Shown piece by piece: positions 40,597 to 62,432 of a DNA stretch of 64,000 bases. Below the pieces are notes generated by a model. The model was not told the origin of the DNA. It did no database searches and saw only the letters and a list, made by a program, of their open reading frames with translations. The position numbers and the translations under genes were made by a program. The stretch comes from Octopus vulgaris. Taxonomy: Eukaryota. The stretch covers positions 55,490,001 through 55,554,000 of the forward strand of contig OX597832.1 of the NCBI GenBank assembly GCA_951406725.2. The letters are read 5' to 3'. Numbering within the stretch: the stretch's first letter is position 1; each line of letters begins with the position of its first letter.

Positions 40597-40854
40597 ATAG
40601 GGGCAGGAGTGGCTGTGTGGTAAGTAACTTGCTAACCAACAACACGGTTACCAACCACAAGCCTTGTGAGTGGGGTTCTTAAGCTGAAACTAAAGGAAGC
40701 CCGTCGGCGGCAATCTAATAACTGAACCAAATAAAAGATTGGTCGCAGGTTCAGGCCCACTGCGTGGCACTTTGGGCAAGTGTCTTCCACTATAGCCTCG
40801 GGCTGACCAAAGCCTTGTGAGTGGATTTGGAAGACGGAAACTGAAAGAAAATGA

Positions 40855-41020
40855 TAGAGGATCAGTTAATTATGATTTTATTTAACACATTCCCCTCCCA
40901 GGTTCGCACACTTGTTGCAGCGGTCCTTCAGTTTTCCTAAGCCCTGTAAAAGGACTCGGAAAGTTCAGCCTCCAGCCTGGCCTTTCGCGATACCCTTAAA
41001 GCCAAGAATTTTAAGGGTGC
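40855..41020. mobile_element. Mariner-derived MITE fragment
   Basis: Homologous to 2985-3017 joined to 3417-3540. Confidence 0.7.
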
Positions 41021-41521
41021 ATACATACTTTAAAGGTGCTTACATACATGCATACATAGATACATACACGCGCACACACAGACTTGCGCGCACGCGCAGC
41101 GTGGACTGTTGGAAAGAATACTACTGAATATCACAGTAGCAGAGATTAATCATGTTTTTATCTTGGTCGCGTTAATCTGTTACTGCACTGCGTTTCGCCT
41201 CTGTGTACACAGAGACTGTATATAAGTTACGAGTCGTAACGTTCCCGATGTACATACATACATACGTACATACATACATGCATACATACATACATACATA
41301 AATACATACATACATACATACATACATACATACATACATACATACATACATACATACATACATACGTAACATACTTCAGTACATGTAGCATAAAGAAGCC
41401 GGAAGCTGCTGTGTTCGTTAGGGAAAAGATACCTTAATAGAATTATTGTTTTAAAAAACACAATATACTCCAGAGGTTGAAATTAGATCGTTCCGGAATC
41501 GACCGTGAGATTAGAAGATAC

Positions 41522-41562
<41 letters not shown>

Positions 41563-41566
<4 letters not shown>

Positions 41567-41785
41567 CGCAGGTTGGTTGTGTGGTATCTTGCTTACCAAC
41601 CACATGATTTCAGGTTCATTCCCACTATGTGGTACTTTGACCAAGTGTCTTATACTATTGCCTCGAGCCGACCAAAGCCTTGTGAGTGGATTTGCTTGAC
41701 GGAAACTGAAAGAAGCCCGTCGACTAAAGGCTGTGCTCCAGCATGGCCACAATCAAGTGATTGAAACAAGTAAAAGAGTAAAAGT
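41563..41785 (+). mobile_element. SINE family A with internal deletion
   Basis: Head joined at GTCG-ACTAAAGG to tail. Confidence 0.8.
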
Positions 41786-41966
41786 ATATATATATATATA
41801 TATATATACTCTTTATTTTCTCACCTTGTTCCTTTCTGAGTTCCTTTCTGTGGAAGAACGTAGGCTCGAAACGTTAAAAACTTTTTCACTTCCCGAGCGT
41901 TATACTAATACTTGTTGTCTACACCACCTGTTTTCGTTTTTTGTTTTTTTTTGTGAATTCTCCCCC

Positions 41967-42053
<87 letters not shown>

Positions 42054-42917
42054 ATTTGGGTTGTACGTTTTAACGATTTTCAACCCAGTAGAAATTAATA
42101 AAGCTGTTATATTTATATATACAAAATGGCAGCTCTTGACGATACGCATTAAAACTAGAAAACCTTTTTGATTTTGTTGAAGCGTGCAATAATATCTTAC
42201 AAGGTTTTCCTGCATTTCCTACGCATAGCAAATTTTAAAAATTGAAAAGAGGAAAAAATTTAATCGGGAAAAAATTCGGTTTCATGACAACAAAAACTTT
42301 GAAAATGAAATACGCGTAAAGAATGGAAAATTTTAAATTTGCTTGAAGCATTTATGAATAAGGAATGAAGAGTGTTTGCCCGCTAAACATTTTAAAACAG
42401 TGCAACAAATATTTCGTAAACATCATTGTTACTTTGACTGACTTGGTATTTTCCAAAATCTACCAAATAATTTCAGAGTTTCAGTTATTGCTTGCTTAAA
42501 AAACAAAATATTTCGATAAAACTGTGTTACAAACATCAGGATTTTTGAAAGTATAGGGATGTTGATTAAATCTAATCTTAAAAGATTGCCGGTGAAACCG
42601 ATATAACCGTCAGAAACAGAATGATTATAATGCAAGTATTAGATGTAAATTATTTAACGGAAAATATGCCGGGTTAAAATAATGTGATAGCACAATATGG
42701 AAGGCGAGAAGTTGTCAAAACGAGAACTGCAAGGTTTAGGTGCTTGTTTCCAACCTGAGATCACGACCAGTTGTTTGCAACAGACTTCTGACCCTTTTTA
42801 TGAACTATTGAAACTAGACGAACGATAAAGATCAGTTGTAGATAACAGTTTTAAATTCTTACTATATACGTACATACACACACAAATATATACACATATA
42901 CATACATGCAAACACCC

Positions 42918-42989
<72 letters not shown>

Positions 42990-43005
42990 ACATATACATA
43001 TTTTT

Positions 43006-43048
<43 letters not shown>

Positions 43049-43065
43049 ATATATATATATATATA

Positions 43066-43910
43066 CAGTACCGTCTTTCCTGGAGTTCTGACAAACCCTC
43101 GCTTTTTAGAAAGCGAAACGACTCACGTTACACAATGCAAACAGTGAAGTTTGGGAGTAAGTGTCTGATGCTTTGGGGATACATAAAAAGTGATGGTTCC
43201 TGAAAGTTGGCTAAAATTGGTAAAGTTGGTAACTTGAATAGTGCCAAATACATCCTGTTGTTGAAGGACAATTTGATAGCAGACTTTGACGAAGGTGAGA
43301 TTTTTCAGAATGACGGAACTCCATGCCACAGACTGCGTGCAACACAATAGAGTCTGGCTGATGAAGGTGTTACCGTATTGAAAGATTGGCCAGCTCTGAG
43401 CCCCGACTTAAATATCATCGTGCAAATGTGGACAGAACTAAAGAGAAGAGTTCGCCAGAAGAATTCACGCAATTCTGAAGAGTTCAGGGAGCTCAGCCAC
43501 AGAGAAAAGGCATCTCATACCTGTGAAGATGGTGAAGGATTTGTACGCATCTCTCCAAGGTGCATTGAAGCCACACGAAATATTAACAACGTACAGTAAC
43601 TTCTTGAAATGAATATTATGTAAAAAAAATTTTCATTATAGACATATTTCTGTTTTAAAACACTGTATCTTGATTGGTTTATGTGAGGTGGACGAAAACT
43701 TTTGCACGGCCATTTTTGGGGGTCGTCTCGCATCTTACCCTCTCTTTCAGAACCCTTACTACAAAATATAATAATTAGGCATGGGAATGACTCCAACAGG
43801 GCCAATGTTTCATCTCTAAAAAACACAATGTGAAACATCCACTTATAAGTTGGCAATTAGTAAAAAAATTACGACAGTTGAAAGTGGTCGAAGACTTTTG
43901 CATGGTACTG
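43066..43910 (+). mobile_element. Decayed Tc1-like transposon
   Basis: TVKFG..LMLWGYI..GNLNSAKYI..EIFQNDGTPCH..LKDWPALSPDLNII..MWTELKRRV with stops; TA-CAGTACC left end and GGTACTG-TA right end. Confidence 0.88.
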
Positions 43911-43915
43911 TATGC

Positions 43916-43974
<59 letters not shown>

Positions 43975-44203
43975 CACACATACACACGTATACATGTATG
44001 TATGTACGTACGTATGCAATGTATATGTCTATATTTTGTGAATACACGCGTATTTACATCCGTAGTGTATGTTGCGATTTCTATAAATATATACCACTTC
44101 TTACTGATGTGCAGACACATACACACACATACGAACGCACACTCACGCAACTACATAGCATACATATGCAAGTACACACGCACACGTACTACAATGCACA
44201 CAC

Positions 44204-44283
<80 letters not shown>

Positions 44284-44289
44284 CTCTCC

Positions 44290-44363
<74 letters not shown>

Positions 44364-44479
44364 GTCTATCTATCTATCTGTCTATCTATCTGTCTATCTA
44401 TCCATCTGTCTATCTATCTATATATTCATACATAAAGCTACGCGTGCACGTTCGTATTAAAACTCATTTCATCGTTGCA

Positions 44480-50760
<6,281 letters not shown>

Positions 50761-50765
50761 TCCAG

Positions 50766-50934
50766 CAATACCAACGCTTTAATTTAAAACTCTGTAAACG
50801 ATAGAAAAACGTGTTCTTCGTGCCGACAAAGATGGGAAAAGAAAAGCGAGACAGAGAGGGAGAGAGAAAGAGAGAGAGAAGAGAGTGAGGAAAAAGACAG
50901 ATAAAAAGAGAAAGAAAGACAGCGACAGAATGGG

Positions 50935-50965
<31 letters not shown>

Positions 50966-51045
50966 CGGGAGGTAGAACGACAGAGAAGGAGAGAGACGGA
51001 GGTGAGAGAGACTGATGGCGCCGGGGACTGCAAGCATTCGACAAG
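50766..51045 (+). other. Possible exon (5' UTR or first coding) of an unidentified gene
   Basis: Pyrimidine tract + TTCCAG acceptor, switch to purine-rich sequence, ATGs at 50930 and 51015, AAG|GTAGTT donor-like site; no recognisable protein. Confidence 0.25.
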
Positions 51046-51298
51046 GTAGTTTGTACGGAGCGAGTAATGACAATATTACAATCGACTTCGTGCGTAATGT
51101 GACCGCATTATTGAAGAAATAAATATAGTCACGACAATAACGGCAGCTATATTGAATCTGTTACTAAGGAACAAAGTGCGACATAGCCTCCGTGTGTACG
51201 TGTACGTGTGTGTGTGTGTGTGTGCATGCATACATATATAAATATATATGCATACATATATACATATACGTATATATATATACATATATATATGTATG

Positions 51299-51353
<55 letters not shown>

Positions 51354-51553
51354 GTATATATATATATATATGTATGTGTGTGTATATATATATATGTATA
51401 CATACGTGTGTATATATGTATATGTATATACGTATATATATATATATATATCTATCTTATGTATGGATATACATGTAAATATATATGAATGTATACGCAC
51501 ACGCATATATATACATACACACACACAAATATATATATACATATATATGCATA

Positions 51554-51598
<45 letters not shown>

Positions 51599-51652
51599 GT
51601 ATACATATATATATATATAGACATACATATTTCTACACGTCTTTGTATATAA

Positions 51653-51683
<31 letters not shown>

Positions 51684-52250
51684 TATATATACACACGTGT
51701 ATATATAAGTGTGTGCGGGTATATGCGCGTGTGTGTGTGCGCGCGTGAGTGTGTGTGTGTATACATGTATACCGGTAGCTAAATTCTATTACGAGTTATA
51801 GGAAAATAAATAGAATATAGAAATAAAAATAAAAATAAAAATAAAAATAAAAAAAAGAAGAGAAGCAGAAAAATAAAAAGGATATAAAAAAAAAAGGGTC
51901 AAAGTTGCAACTTTTGCAACGAGAAATTTGCTAAAACCACTCAGAGCGATTCAGAATTTAATCTAAAAACGACACGACAGTTGTTAGAAATTATAAGAAA
52001 TAAATAGATTGATACATGCATACTTACGGACACACGCACGCAGAAACCTGGTCTGCACACGTACACACACACACACACGCGCGCACACACACAAATACAC
52101 AAACACTTATGTACCTATACATATGCCTGTACATGTGTGCGTGTGTGTTTGTACACAGACACACTCACTTTTATATATAGATACATACTAACACATGCAC
52201 AGATAAAAATACACACTTGTGTATGTCTGTATATAGACAGACATACACGT

Positions 52251-52284
<34 letters not shown>

Positions 52285-52377
52285 ATATATGTATATATAT
52301 ATACATATATATACATATATATGCAATAACAGCAGCTATATTGACTCTGTTACTAAGGAACAAAGTACGACTTATCC

Positions 52378-52481
<104 letters not shown>

Positions 52482-52490
52482 TATATACAT

Positions 52491-52559
<69 letters not shown>

Positions 52560-52787
52560 CATGTGTATACATACACGTGCAAAACATACGCAACCACACT
52601 TCCTCACTGACATCAATATCGTCTTTTTACTCAAGATTCTCGCCTCTCTCTTCCTTTACACGTTTCCTCATTTACTTGACAAATGACTACCAAACGAAAC
52701 GTTTACTTCTCTTCCCCATCTGCACTGCGTAATTATCATGACATTATATCCTTGTTCATTGGTGCTGTGTTCCGTTTTTATTGCTAG

Positions 52788-52843
<56 letters not shown>

Positions 52844-53546
52844 CCACTCATATACATACAAGCATACATATATACACACACATACACACACACACATATA
52901 TATATATGTGTGTAAATTCATGTGTATGTGTTAACTGACAATACATATATATATACATATACATGTATATATATATGTACAAATATATACATACATAATA
53001 TATATATATATATATAGATATATATATACATATACATGTATATATATATATGCATAGGTACGCATGCACAAACCCCCTCCACTCGCACACACATAACTAA
53101 AGAGAAAGTATATACAGAGAAAGATACGCTCATACACTCATAAAACAACACGCACATACGCACTTATACATGGACATACACAATTTCTCTGATAAGCATA
53201 GACACGCAAGAATACTGCGAATCGCTGCAGCCTACCTGCGAGCGGTTTTTATCTACGAGCTTTAATTCCCAGTTCTATTCTTTAATTTCAGTTAGTTATA
53301 ACTTATCAGTGGTTTCTGTAGCCTGTGGGGAAAATGGAGTCCGCCAGGTTATAATTCCCTTGATACTCTACCGGAAAATATATTAGCTGCTCCTCGCTCA
53401 ACAACCCATTAAAGGAGGTGATATAGTCATCTTAGAGTATACACACACTATACGGGAAAATCATTTACATTCGATCGCTTCTCATACATATGTACATCGA
53501 TACAAATATATACACACATATATACAAATACATATATATATACATA

Positions 53547-53582
<36 letters not shown>

Positions 53583-53639
53583 TATATATACACATATATA
53601 TATATACACATATATATATATAGATATATTTGTATATAT

Positions 53640-53706
<67 letters not shown>

Positions 53707-54183
53707 TATATACATACGCAGATATACATATATGCATAAATATATATATAAACATATATTTATATATATATACACATATACAAATATATTCCATATATAT
53801 ATATATTATCGTTATTGTTGTTGTTGCTGCTCTTCTTCCTTCTCTTCTTCTTCTTCTTCTTCTTCTTCTTCTTCTTCATCTTCTTCTTCTTCTTCTTCTT
53901 CTTCTTCTTCATCTTCTTCTTGATATTTATCTGTAGCAATGAATGACACAAGGACGAGATTTTCATTCGTAAGCACTCATATATATATATATATACACAC
54001 ACATACACTCACATATATATACATATATATTTTCTATTTTATCACTCTGTTTATTTCTGTGTTCCTTTCTGTTGAAGAGCGTAGGTTCGAAACGTAAAAG
54101 ACTTTGTCGCTTCCCGAGCGTTAAACTAATACATCTGTTTGTTGTTTATACATCCGTCTTCGTCTTTTGTTTTTGGTAAATTC

Positions 54184-54269
<86 letters not shown>

Positions 54270-54489
54270 CATGTCCGTATGAATGTATGTATATTTTGTT
54301 ATATAATGGGAAAACAGAACTCGCAACATGAGTATAAGTATACTATTATTAATCAGTGGAATTTAGAGAGTGGCTTAGTGACTTACAGTTTCGTAAATTA
54401 GGGCTTATGGGGTAGATACCGGTGCACGAAATTCTCGGCTTCGAAGTCACCCTGGAACTTCTGCCGATTATTGATAAAGATAATAAAAC

Positions 54490-54817
54490 TTTCTACTATA
54501 AGCTCAAGGCCTAAAATTTTGTATGTGTGTGTGTGTGGAGGGTAGGGGGTGGGCTAGTCGATTTGATCAATCCCGGTACGAAACTGGTACGTAATTTATC
54601 GAGCCCGAAAGGATAAAAGACAAAGTCGACCTCGGCGGAATTTGAACTCAGAACGTAGCGGCAGACGAAATACTTATTTCTTTTCTACCCGCAAGGGGCT
54701 AAACATAGAGTGGACAAACAAGGACAGACAAACGGATTAAGTCGACTACATCGACCCCAGTGCGTAACTGCTACTTCATTTATCGACTCCGAAAGGATGA
54801 AAGGCAAAGTCGACCTG
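54490..54817 (-). mobile_element. SINE family B dimer (duplicate at ~60212-60538)
   Basis: Reverse complement units. Confidence 0.85.
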
Positions 54818-54880
54818 AATGTATGTAAATATATTTATAAGCATATATATATGTAGAGAGAGAGAAACGTGGATGGAAGA

Positions 54881-54923
54881 GTCGCTGAAGAGGTCACGGA
54901 TGTGTGACGAAAGATTTCCAGAC
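54881..54923 (+). ncRNA. Minimal hammerhead-like motif (duplicate at 60602-60644)
   Basis: GTCG-CTGAAGA-g-GTCAC ggatgt GTGAC-GAAA-GATT-TC-CAGAC; stems I and III imperfect. Confidence 0.55.
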
Positions 54924-55034
54924 AATGGATATGAGATAAAATACGAACAATAATAAACGAATAATAAAAGTGAAGAACGAATACATAATGTGTATGTCTA
55001 CTTGGCAAAAAACACACAGATGATTGTCATATAT

Positions 55035-55082
<48 letters not shown>

Positions 55083-55564
55083 CATATATATATATACATA
55101 TATATATATATGTATATATATATATGTATGTATATATAATGTATTCATGTGTGTATGTATGAATGTAATTGCTATCGATGCCTGGCAGAATTAAATTGGT
55201 TTGCACTGATGAATTTGCAAAAGAACTCCAGCAACCAACCTATCTCTCGCAATAATTCAAAGGAAATACGTCGACGAACATAATTATTTATAAATCGGAA
55301 AATTTCCATTCTTGTCATTACATTCTTGGTTGCTGGGTTTTTTTTTTATTCTCTTATCTATTGTTTATTTGTTATGCAGATATAAATATCGAGAATCAGT
55401 AGCGTTCGCCATTTTTCGATAGTACTAATATTAAAGATCATGTGACTAAATTATCGCGGTATCTAAATTCGGTTAGCAGGCTCGGTTGGCGTGGATTCAG
55501 CATGGTTTATGATGCTTGCATAGGAATATGTTTTGTCAGTTCCTTAAAGGCGGCGAGGTGGCAG

Positions 55565-55664
55565 NNNNNNNNNNNNNNNNNNNNNNNNNNNNNNNNNNNN
55601 NNNNNNNNNNNNNNNNNNNNNNNNNNNNNNNNNNNNNNNNNNNNNNNNNNNNNNNNNNNNNNNN
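55565..55664. other. Assembly gap (100 N)
   Basis: Directly visible. Confidence 1.
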
Positions 55665-55891
55665 CATACACATATAGCCAGTCACTTATTATCGATTACC
55701 GCTCACAATTTACCGTTTACCTCCTCGTTTTCATGTTTGCAATCAATCTATTGTAACGTTATCGCTTATAGGTACACTCCACCCCTGCCCACCCCCTTTC
55801 ACTCATTCTCTCCCTCTCTCTGCCTCTCTCAATCTCTCTCTCTCTCTCTTCCCTCCTCCGTCTCTCTCAATCTCTCTTCCTGTATATATAT

Positions 55892-55979
<88 letters not shown>

Positions 55980-56024
55980 GTGTGTGAGTGTGTGTGTATA
56001 TATGTATATATATATACATATATA

Positions 56025-56074
<50 letters not shown>

Positions 56075-56674
56075 GCATACATAGATATGTATTACATACC
56101 ACCACTCTCGTTATCGCATTTCTCTTTCATTTTCTCCATCCTTTTCTCTCTTTGTCTCTCTCTCTCTATCTCTCCCCTACACGCACATGCACACGCAAAC
56201 ACACACACACACACACACAAACACTCACACATACACACACGTGCTCGCTTGCACACAGAAACATATATCTATATATATGTATATGCATATGTATAATTTG
56301 CCACTACTCCTATTGCAATTTTCCGTTTTTCTTTCTATCCCTCCCCTTCTCTAACCCCCTCTCAATATATATCTCTCTTTCTACCCCCCTCTCTCACTCT
56401 CTCTCATTCCTTCGCGTTCTCGCTATTCTCCCCCCCCCTCCTCTCACGTTTTTCGCTTCTCATATCAATTCATATTCACCCAATTTTCTCGTCGATTCCA
56501 GCAATACCAACGCTTTAATTTAAAACTCTGTAAACGATAGAAAAACGTGTTCTTCGTGCCGACAAAGATGGGAAAAGAAAAGCGAGACAGAGAGGGAGAG
56601 AGAGAGAAAGAGAGAGAGAAGAGAGTGAGGAAAAAGACAGATAAAAAGAGAAAGAAAGACAGCGACAGAATGGG

Positions 56675-56705
<31 letters not shown>

Positions 56706-57038
56706 CGGGAGGTAGAACGACAGAGAAGGAGAGAGACGGAGGTGAGAGAGACTGATGGCGCCGGGGACTGCAAGCATTCGACAAGGTAGTTTGTACGGAG
56801 CGAGTAATGACAATATTACAATCGACTTCGTGCGTAATGTGACCGCATTATTGAAGAAATAAATATAGTCACGACAATAACGGCAGCTATATTGAATCTG
56901 TTACTAAGGAACAAAGTGCGACATAGCCTCCGTGTGTACGTGTACGTGTGTGTGTGTGTGTGTGCATGCATACATATATAAATATATATGCATACATATA
57001 TACATATACGTATATATATATACATATATATATGTATG

Positions 57039-57091
<53 letters not shown>

Positions 57092-57283
57092 GTATATATA
57101 TATATATGTATGTGTGTGTGTATATATATATGTATACATACGTGTGTATATATGTATATGTATATACGTATATATATATATCTATCTTATGTATGGATAT
57201 ACATGTAAATATATATGAATGTATACGCACACGCATATATATACATACACACACACAAATATATATATACATATATATGCATA

Positions 57284-57334
<51 letters not shown>

Positions 57335-57381
57335 GTATACATATATATATATATAGACATACATATTTCTACACGTCTTTG

Positions 57382-57421
<40 letters not shown>

Positions 57422-58004
57422 TATATATACACACGTGTATATATAAGTGTGTGCGGGTATATGCGCGTGTGTGTGTGCGCGCGTGAGTGTGTGTGTGTAT
57501 ACATGTATACCGGTAGCTAAATTCTATTACGAGTTATAGGAAAATAAATAGAATATAGAAATAAAAATAAAAATAAAAATAAAAATAAAAAAAAGAAGAG
57601 AAGCAGAAAAATAAAAAGGATATAAAAAAAAAAGGGTCAAAGTTGCAACTTTTGCAACGAGAAATTTGCTAAAACCACTCAGAGCGATTCAGAATTTAAT
57701 CTAAAAACGACACGACAGTTGTTAGAAATTATAAGAAATAAATAGATTGATACATGCATACTTACGGACACACGCACGCAGAAACCTGGTCTGCACACGT
57801 ACACACACACACACACGCGCGCACACACACACGCGCGCACACACACAAATACACAAACACTTATGTACCTATACATATGCCTGTACATGTGTGCGTGTGT
57901 GTTTGTACACAGACACACTCACTTTTATATATAGATACATACTAACACATGCACAGATAAAAATACACACTTGTGTATGTCTGTATATAGACAGACATAC
58001 ACGT

Positions 58005-58038
<34 letters not shown>

Positions 58039-58129
58039 ATATGTATATATATATACATATATATACATATATATGCAATAACAGCAGCTATATTGACTCT
58101 GTTACTAAGGAACAAAGTACGACTTATCC

Positions 58130-58197
<68 letters not shown>

Positions 58198-58204
58198 TAT
58201 ACAT

Positions 58205-58265
<61 letters not shown>

Positions 58266-58507
58266 TATATATATATAAGCATGTGTATACATACACGTGC
58301 AAAACATACGCAACCACACTTCCTCACTGACATCAATATCGTCTTTTTACTCAAGATTCTCGCCTCTCTCTTCCTTTACACGTTTCCTCATTTACTTGAC
58401 AAATGACTACCAAACGAAACGTTTACTTCTCTTCCCCATCTGCACTGCGTAATTATCATGACATTATATCCTTGTTCATTGGTGCTGTGTTCCGTTTTTA
58501 TTGCTAG

Positions 58508-58563
<56 letters not shown>

Positions 58564-59277
58564 CCACTCATATACATACAAGCATACATATATACACACA
58601 CATACACACACACACATATATATATATGTGTAAATTCATGTGTATGTGTTAACTGACAATACATATATATATACATATACATGTATATATATATGTACAA
58701 ATATATACATACATAAAATATATATATATATATATATATAGATATATATATACATATACATGTATATATATATATGCATAGGTACGCATGCACAAACCCC
58801 CCTCCACTCGCACACATAACTAAAGAGAAAGTATATACAGAGAAAGATACGCTCATACACTCATAAAACAACACGCACATACGCACTTATACATGGACAT
58901 ACACAATTTCTCTGATAAGCATAGACACGCAAGAATACTGCGAATCGCTGCAGCCTACCTGCGAGCGGTTTTTATCTACGAGCTTTAATTCCCAGTTCTA
59001 TTCTTTAATTTCAGTTAGTTATAACTTATCAGTGGTTTCTGTAGCCTGTGGGGAAAATGGAGTCCGCCAGGTTATAATTCCCTTGATACTCTACCGGAAA
59101 ATATATTAGCTGCTCCTCGCTCAACAACCCATTAAAGGAGGTGATATAGTCATCTTAGAGTATACACACACTATACGGGAAAATCATTTACATTCGATCG
59201 CTTCTCATACATATGTACATCGATACAAATATATACACACATATATACAAATACATATATATATACATATACATACA

Positions 59278-59309
<32 letters not shown>

Positions 59310-59368
59310 CATATATATATATATATACACATATATATATATAGATATATTTGTATATATATTTGTAT

Positions 59369-59429
<61 letters not shown>

Positions 59430-59907
59430 TATATACATACGCAGATATACATATATGCATAAATATATATATAAACATATATTTATATATATATACACAT
59501 ATACAAATATATTCCATATATATATATATTATCGTTATTGTTGTTGTTGCTGCTCTTCTTCCTTCTTCTTCTTCTTCTTCTTCTTCTTCTTCTTCTTCTT
59601 CATCTTCTTCTTCTTCTTCTTCTTCTTCTTCTTCATCTTCTTCTTGATATTTATCTGTAGCAATGAATGACACAAGGACGAGATTTTCATTCGTAAGCAC
59701 TCATATATATATATATATACACACACATACACTCACATATATATACATATATATTTTCTATTTTATCACTCTGTTTATTTCTGTGTTCCTTTCTGTTGAA
59801 GAGCGTAGGTTCGAAACGTAAAAGACTTTGTCGCTTCCCGAGCGTTAAACTAATACATCTGTTTGTTGTTTATACATCCGTCTTCGTCTTTTGTTTTTGG
59901 TAAATTC

Positions 59908-59991
<84 letters not shown>

Positions 59992-60747
59992 CATGTCCGT
60001 ATGAATGTATGTATATTTTGTTATATAATGGGAAAACAGAACTCGCAACATGAGTATAAGTATACTATTATTAATCAGTGGAATTTAGAGAGTGGCTTAG
60101 TGACTTACAGTTTCGTAAATTAGGGCTTATGGGGTAGATACCGGTGCACGAAATTCTCGGCTTCGAAGTCACCCTGGAACTTCTGCCGATTATTGATAAA
60201 GATAATAAAACTTTCTACTATAAGCTCAAGGCCTAAAATTTTGTATGTGTGTGTGTGTGGAGGGTAGGGGTGGGCTAGTCGATTTGATCAATCCCGGTAC
60301 GAAACTGGTACGTAATTTATCGAGCCCGAAAGGATAAAAGACAAAGTCGACCTCGGCGGAATTTGAACTCAGAACGTAGCGGCAGACGAAATACTTATTT
60401 CTTTTCTACCCGCAAGGGGCTAAACATAGAGTGGACAAACAAGGACAGACAAACGGATTAAGTCGACTACATCGACCCCAGTGCGTAACTGCTACTTCAT
60501 TTATCGACTCCGAAAGGATGAAAGGCAAAGTCGACCTGAATGTATGTAAATATATTTATAAGCATATATATATGTAGAGAGAGAGAAACGTGGATGGAAG
60601 AGTCGCTGAAGAGGTCACGGATGTGTGACGAAAGATTTCCAGACAATGGATATGAGATAAAATACGAACAATAATAAACGAATAATAAAAGTGAAGAACG
60701 AATACATAATGTGTATGTCTACTTGGCAAAAAACACACAGATGATTG

Positions 60748-60812
<65 letters not shown>

Positions 60813-61292
60813 CATATATATATACATATATATATATATGTATATATATATATGTATGTATATATAATGTATTCATGTGTGTATGTATGAATGTAATTGC
60901 TATCGATGCCTGGCAGAATTAAATTGGTTTGCACTGATGAATTTGCAAAAGAACTCCAGCAACCAACCTATCTCTCGCAATAATTCAAAGGAAATACGTC
61001 GACGAACATAATTATTTATAAATCGGAAAATTTCCATTCTTGTCATTACATTCTTGGTTGCTGGGTTTTTTTTTTATTCTCTTATCTATTGTTTATTTGT
61101 TATGCAGATATAAATATCGAGAATCAGTAGCGTTCGCCATTTTTCGATAGTACTAATATTAAAGATCATGTGACTAAATTATCGCGGTATCTAAATTCGG
61201 TTAGCAGGCTCGGTTGGCGTGGATTCAGCATGGTTTATGATGCTTGCATAGGAATATGTTTTGTCAGTTCCTTAAAGGCGGCGAGGTGGCAG
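55665..61292 (+). repeat. ~5.63 kb block, copy 2 (starts at gap)
   Basis: Collinear and near-identical with 49915-55564. Confidence 0.97.
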
Positions 61293-61650
61293 AAACGTTA
61301 GCACGCCGGGCGAAATACGTAGCCGTATTTCGTCTGCCGTTACGTTCTGAGTTCAAATTCCGCCGAGGTCGACTTTACCTTTAATACATTCTCTTCTTCT
61401 TCTTCTTCGATAATTCCGCCGAGGTCAACTTTTTCTTTTATCCTTTCGGGCTCGATAAATTACGTACCAGTTTCGTACCGGGATTGATCAAATCGACTAG
61501 CCCCACCCCCCACACACAAAATTTTAGGCCTTGAACTTATAAAATATGTACCAGTTACGATAAAATAAGTACCAGTTACGCAGTGGGGTCGATGTAATCG
61601 ACTAGCCCTCTCTCCGAAACAGCTGGCCATGTGCCAAAATTTGAAACCAG
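61277..61650 (+). mobile_element. SINE family B, rearranged copies
   Basis: Head GGCGGCGAGGTGGCAGAAACG, interrupted unit, two tails. Confidence 0.82.
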
Positions 61651-61796
61651 TATGACACGTGACTAAAGTGTCGAGGATAAGTCGTACTTCTTATATCAGG
61701 TTCTGTTGTCAAAGGTTTATCATGGCTTATGATGCTTGCGTAGAAATATCTTTGTGGATTCCTAAGGGAATCATAAGTACGCTGAAGAGAATCCTT

Positions 61797-62077
61797 CACA
61801 CACGTGAACCCTTAAGGTAGTTCTCGGTGAGATTCAGCGTGACACAGAGTGTGACAAGGCTGGCCCTTTGAAATACAGGTACAAGACAAACAGGAAGAAA
61901 GAGTGAGAGAAAGTTGTGGTGAAAGAGTCCAGCAGGGGTCGCCGCCACATCCTGCCGGAGCCTCGTGGAGTCTTTGGTGTTTTCGCTCAATAAACACTCA
62001 CAACGCCCAATCTGGGAATCGAAACCGCCGTCCTATAACTGCGAGTCCGCTGCCCTAACCACTGGTCCATTGCGCCT
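61797..62077 (-). mobile_element. tRNA-derived SINE (head H1, tail T2)
   Basis: Head matches 4230-4416; tail matches 9884-9970. Confidence 0.8.
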
Positions 62078-62229
62078 AAATACAGACACACACACACATA
62101 GAGAGAGAGAGAGGAAGAAAAGCAGTTAAAAGACTTTTCTCACTCCCCCCTTTCTCTCTCCCTCTCCCCCCTCTCTCTCTATATATATACATAATTTGAC
62201 GCTATCGGCCCGACGGCAAGTTAGAATCG

Positions 62230-62308
<79 letters not shown>

Positions 62309-62309
62309 A

Positions 62310-62432
<123 letters not shown>

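Noticed and set aside
42430-42800. Possible Tc1 N-terminal HTH remnant upstream of 43066
   Set aside because: Too degenerate to support by eye
53300-53350. Possible micro-exon (TGTAG|CCTGTGGGG..CCAG|GTTATA)
   Set aside because: Weak donor site and no recognisable peptide
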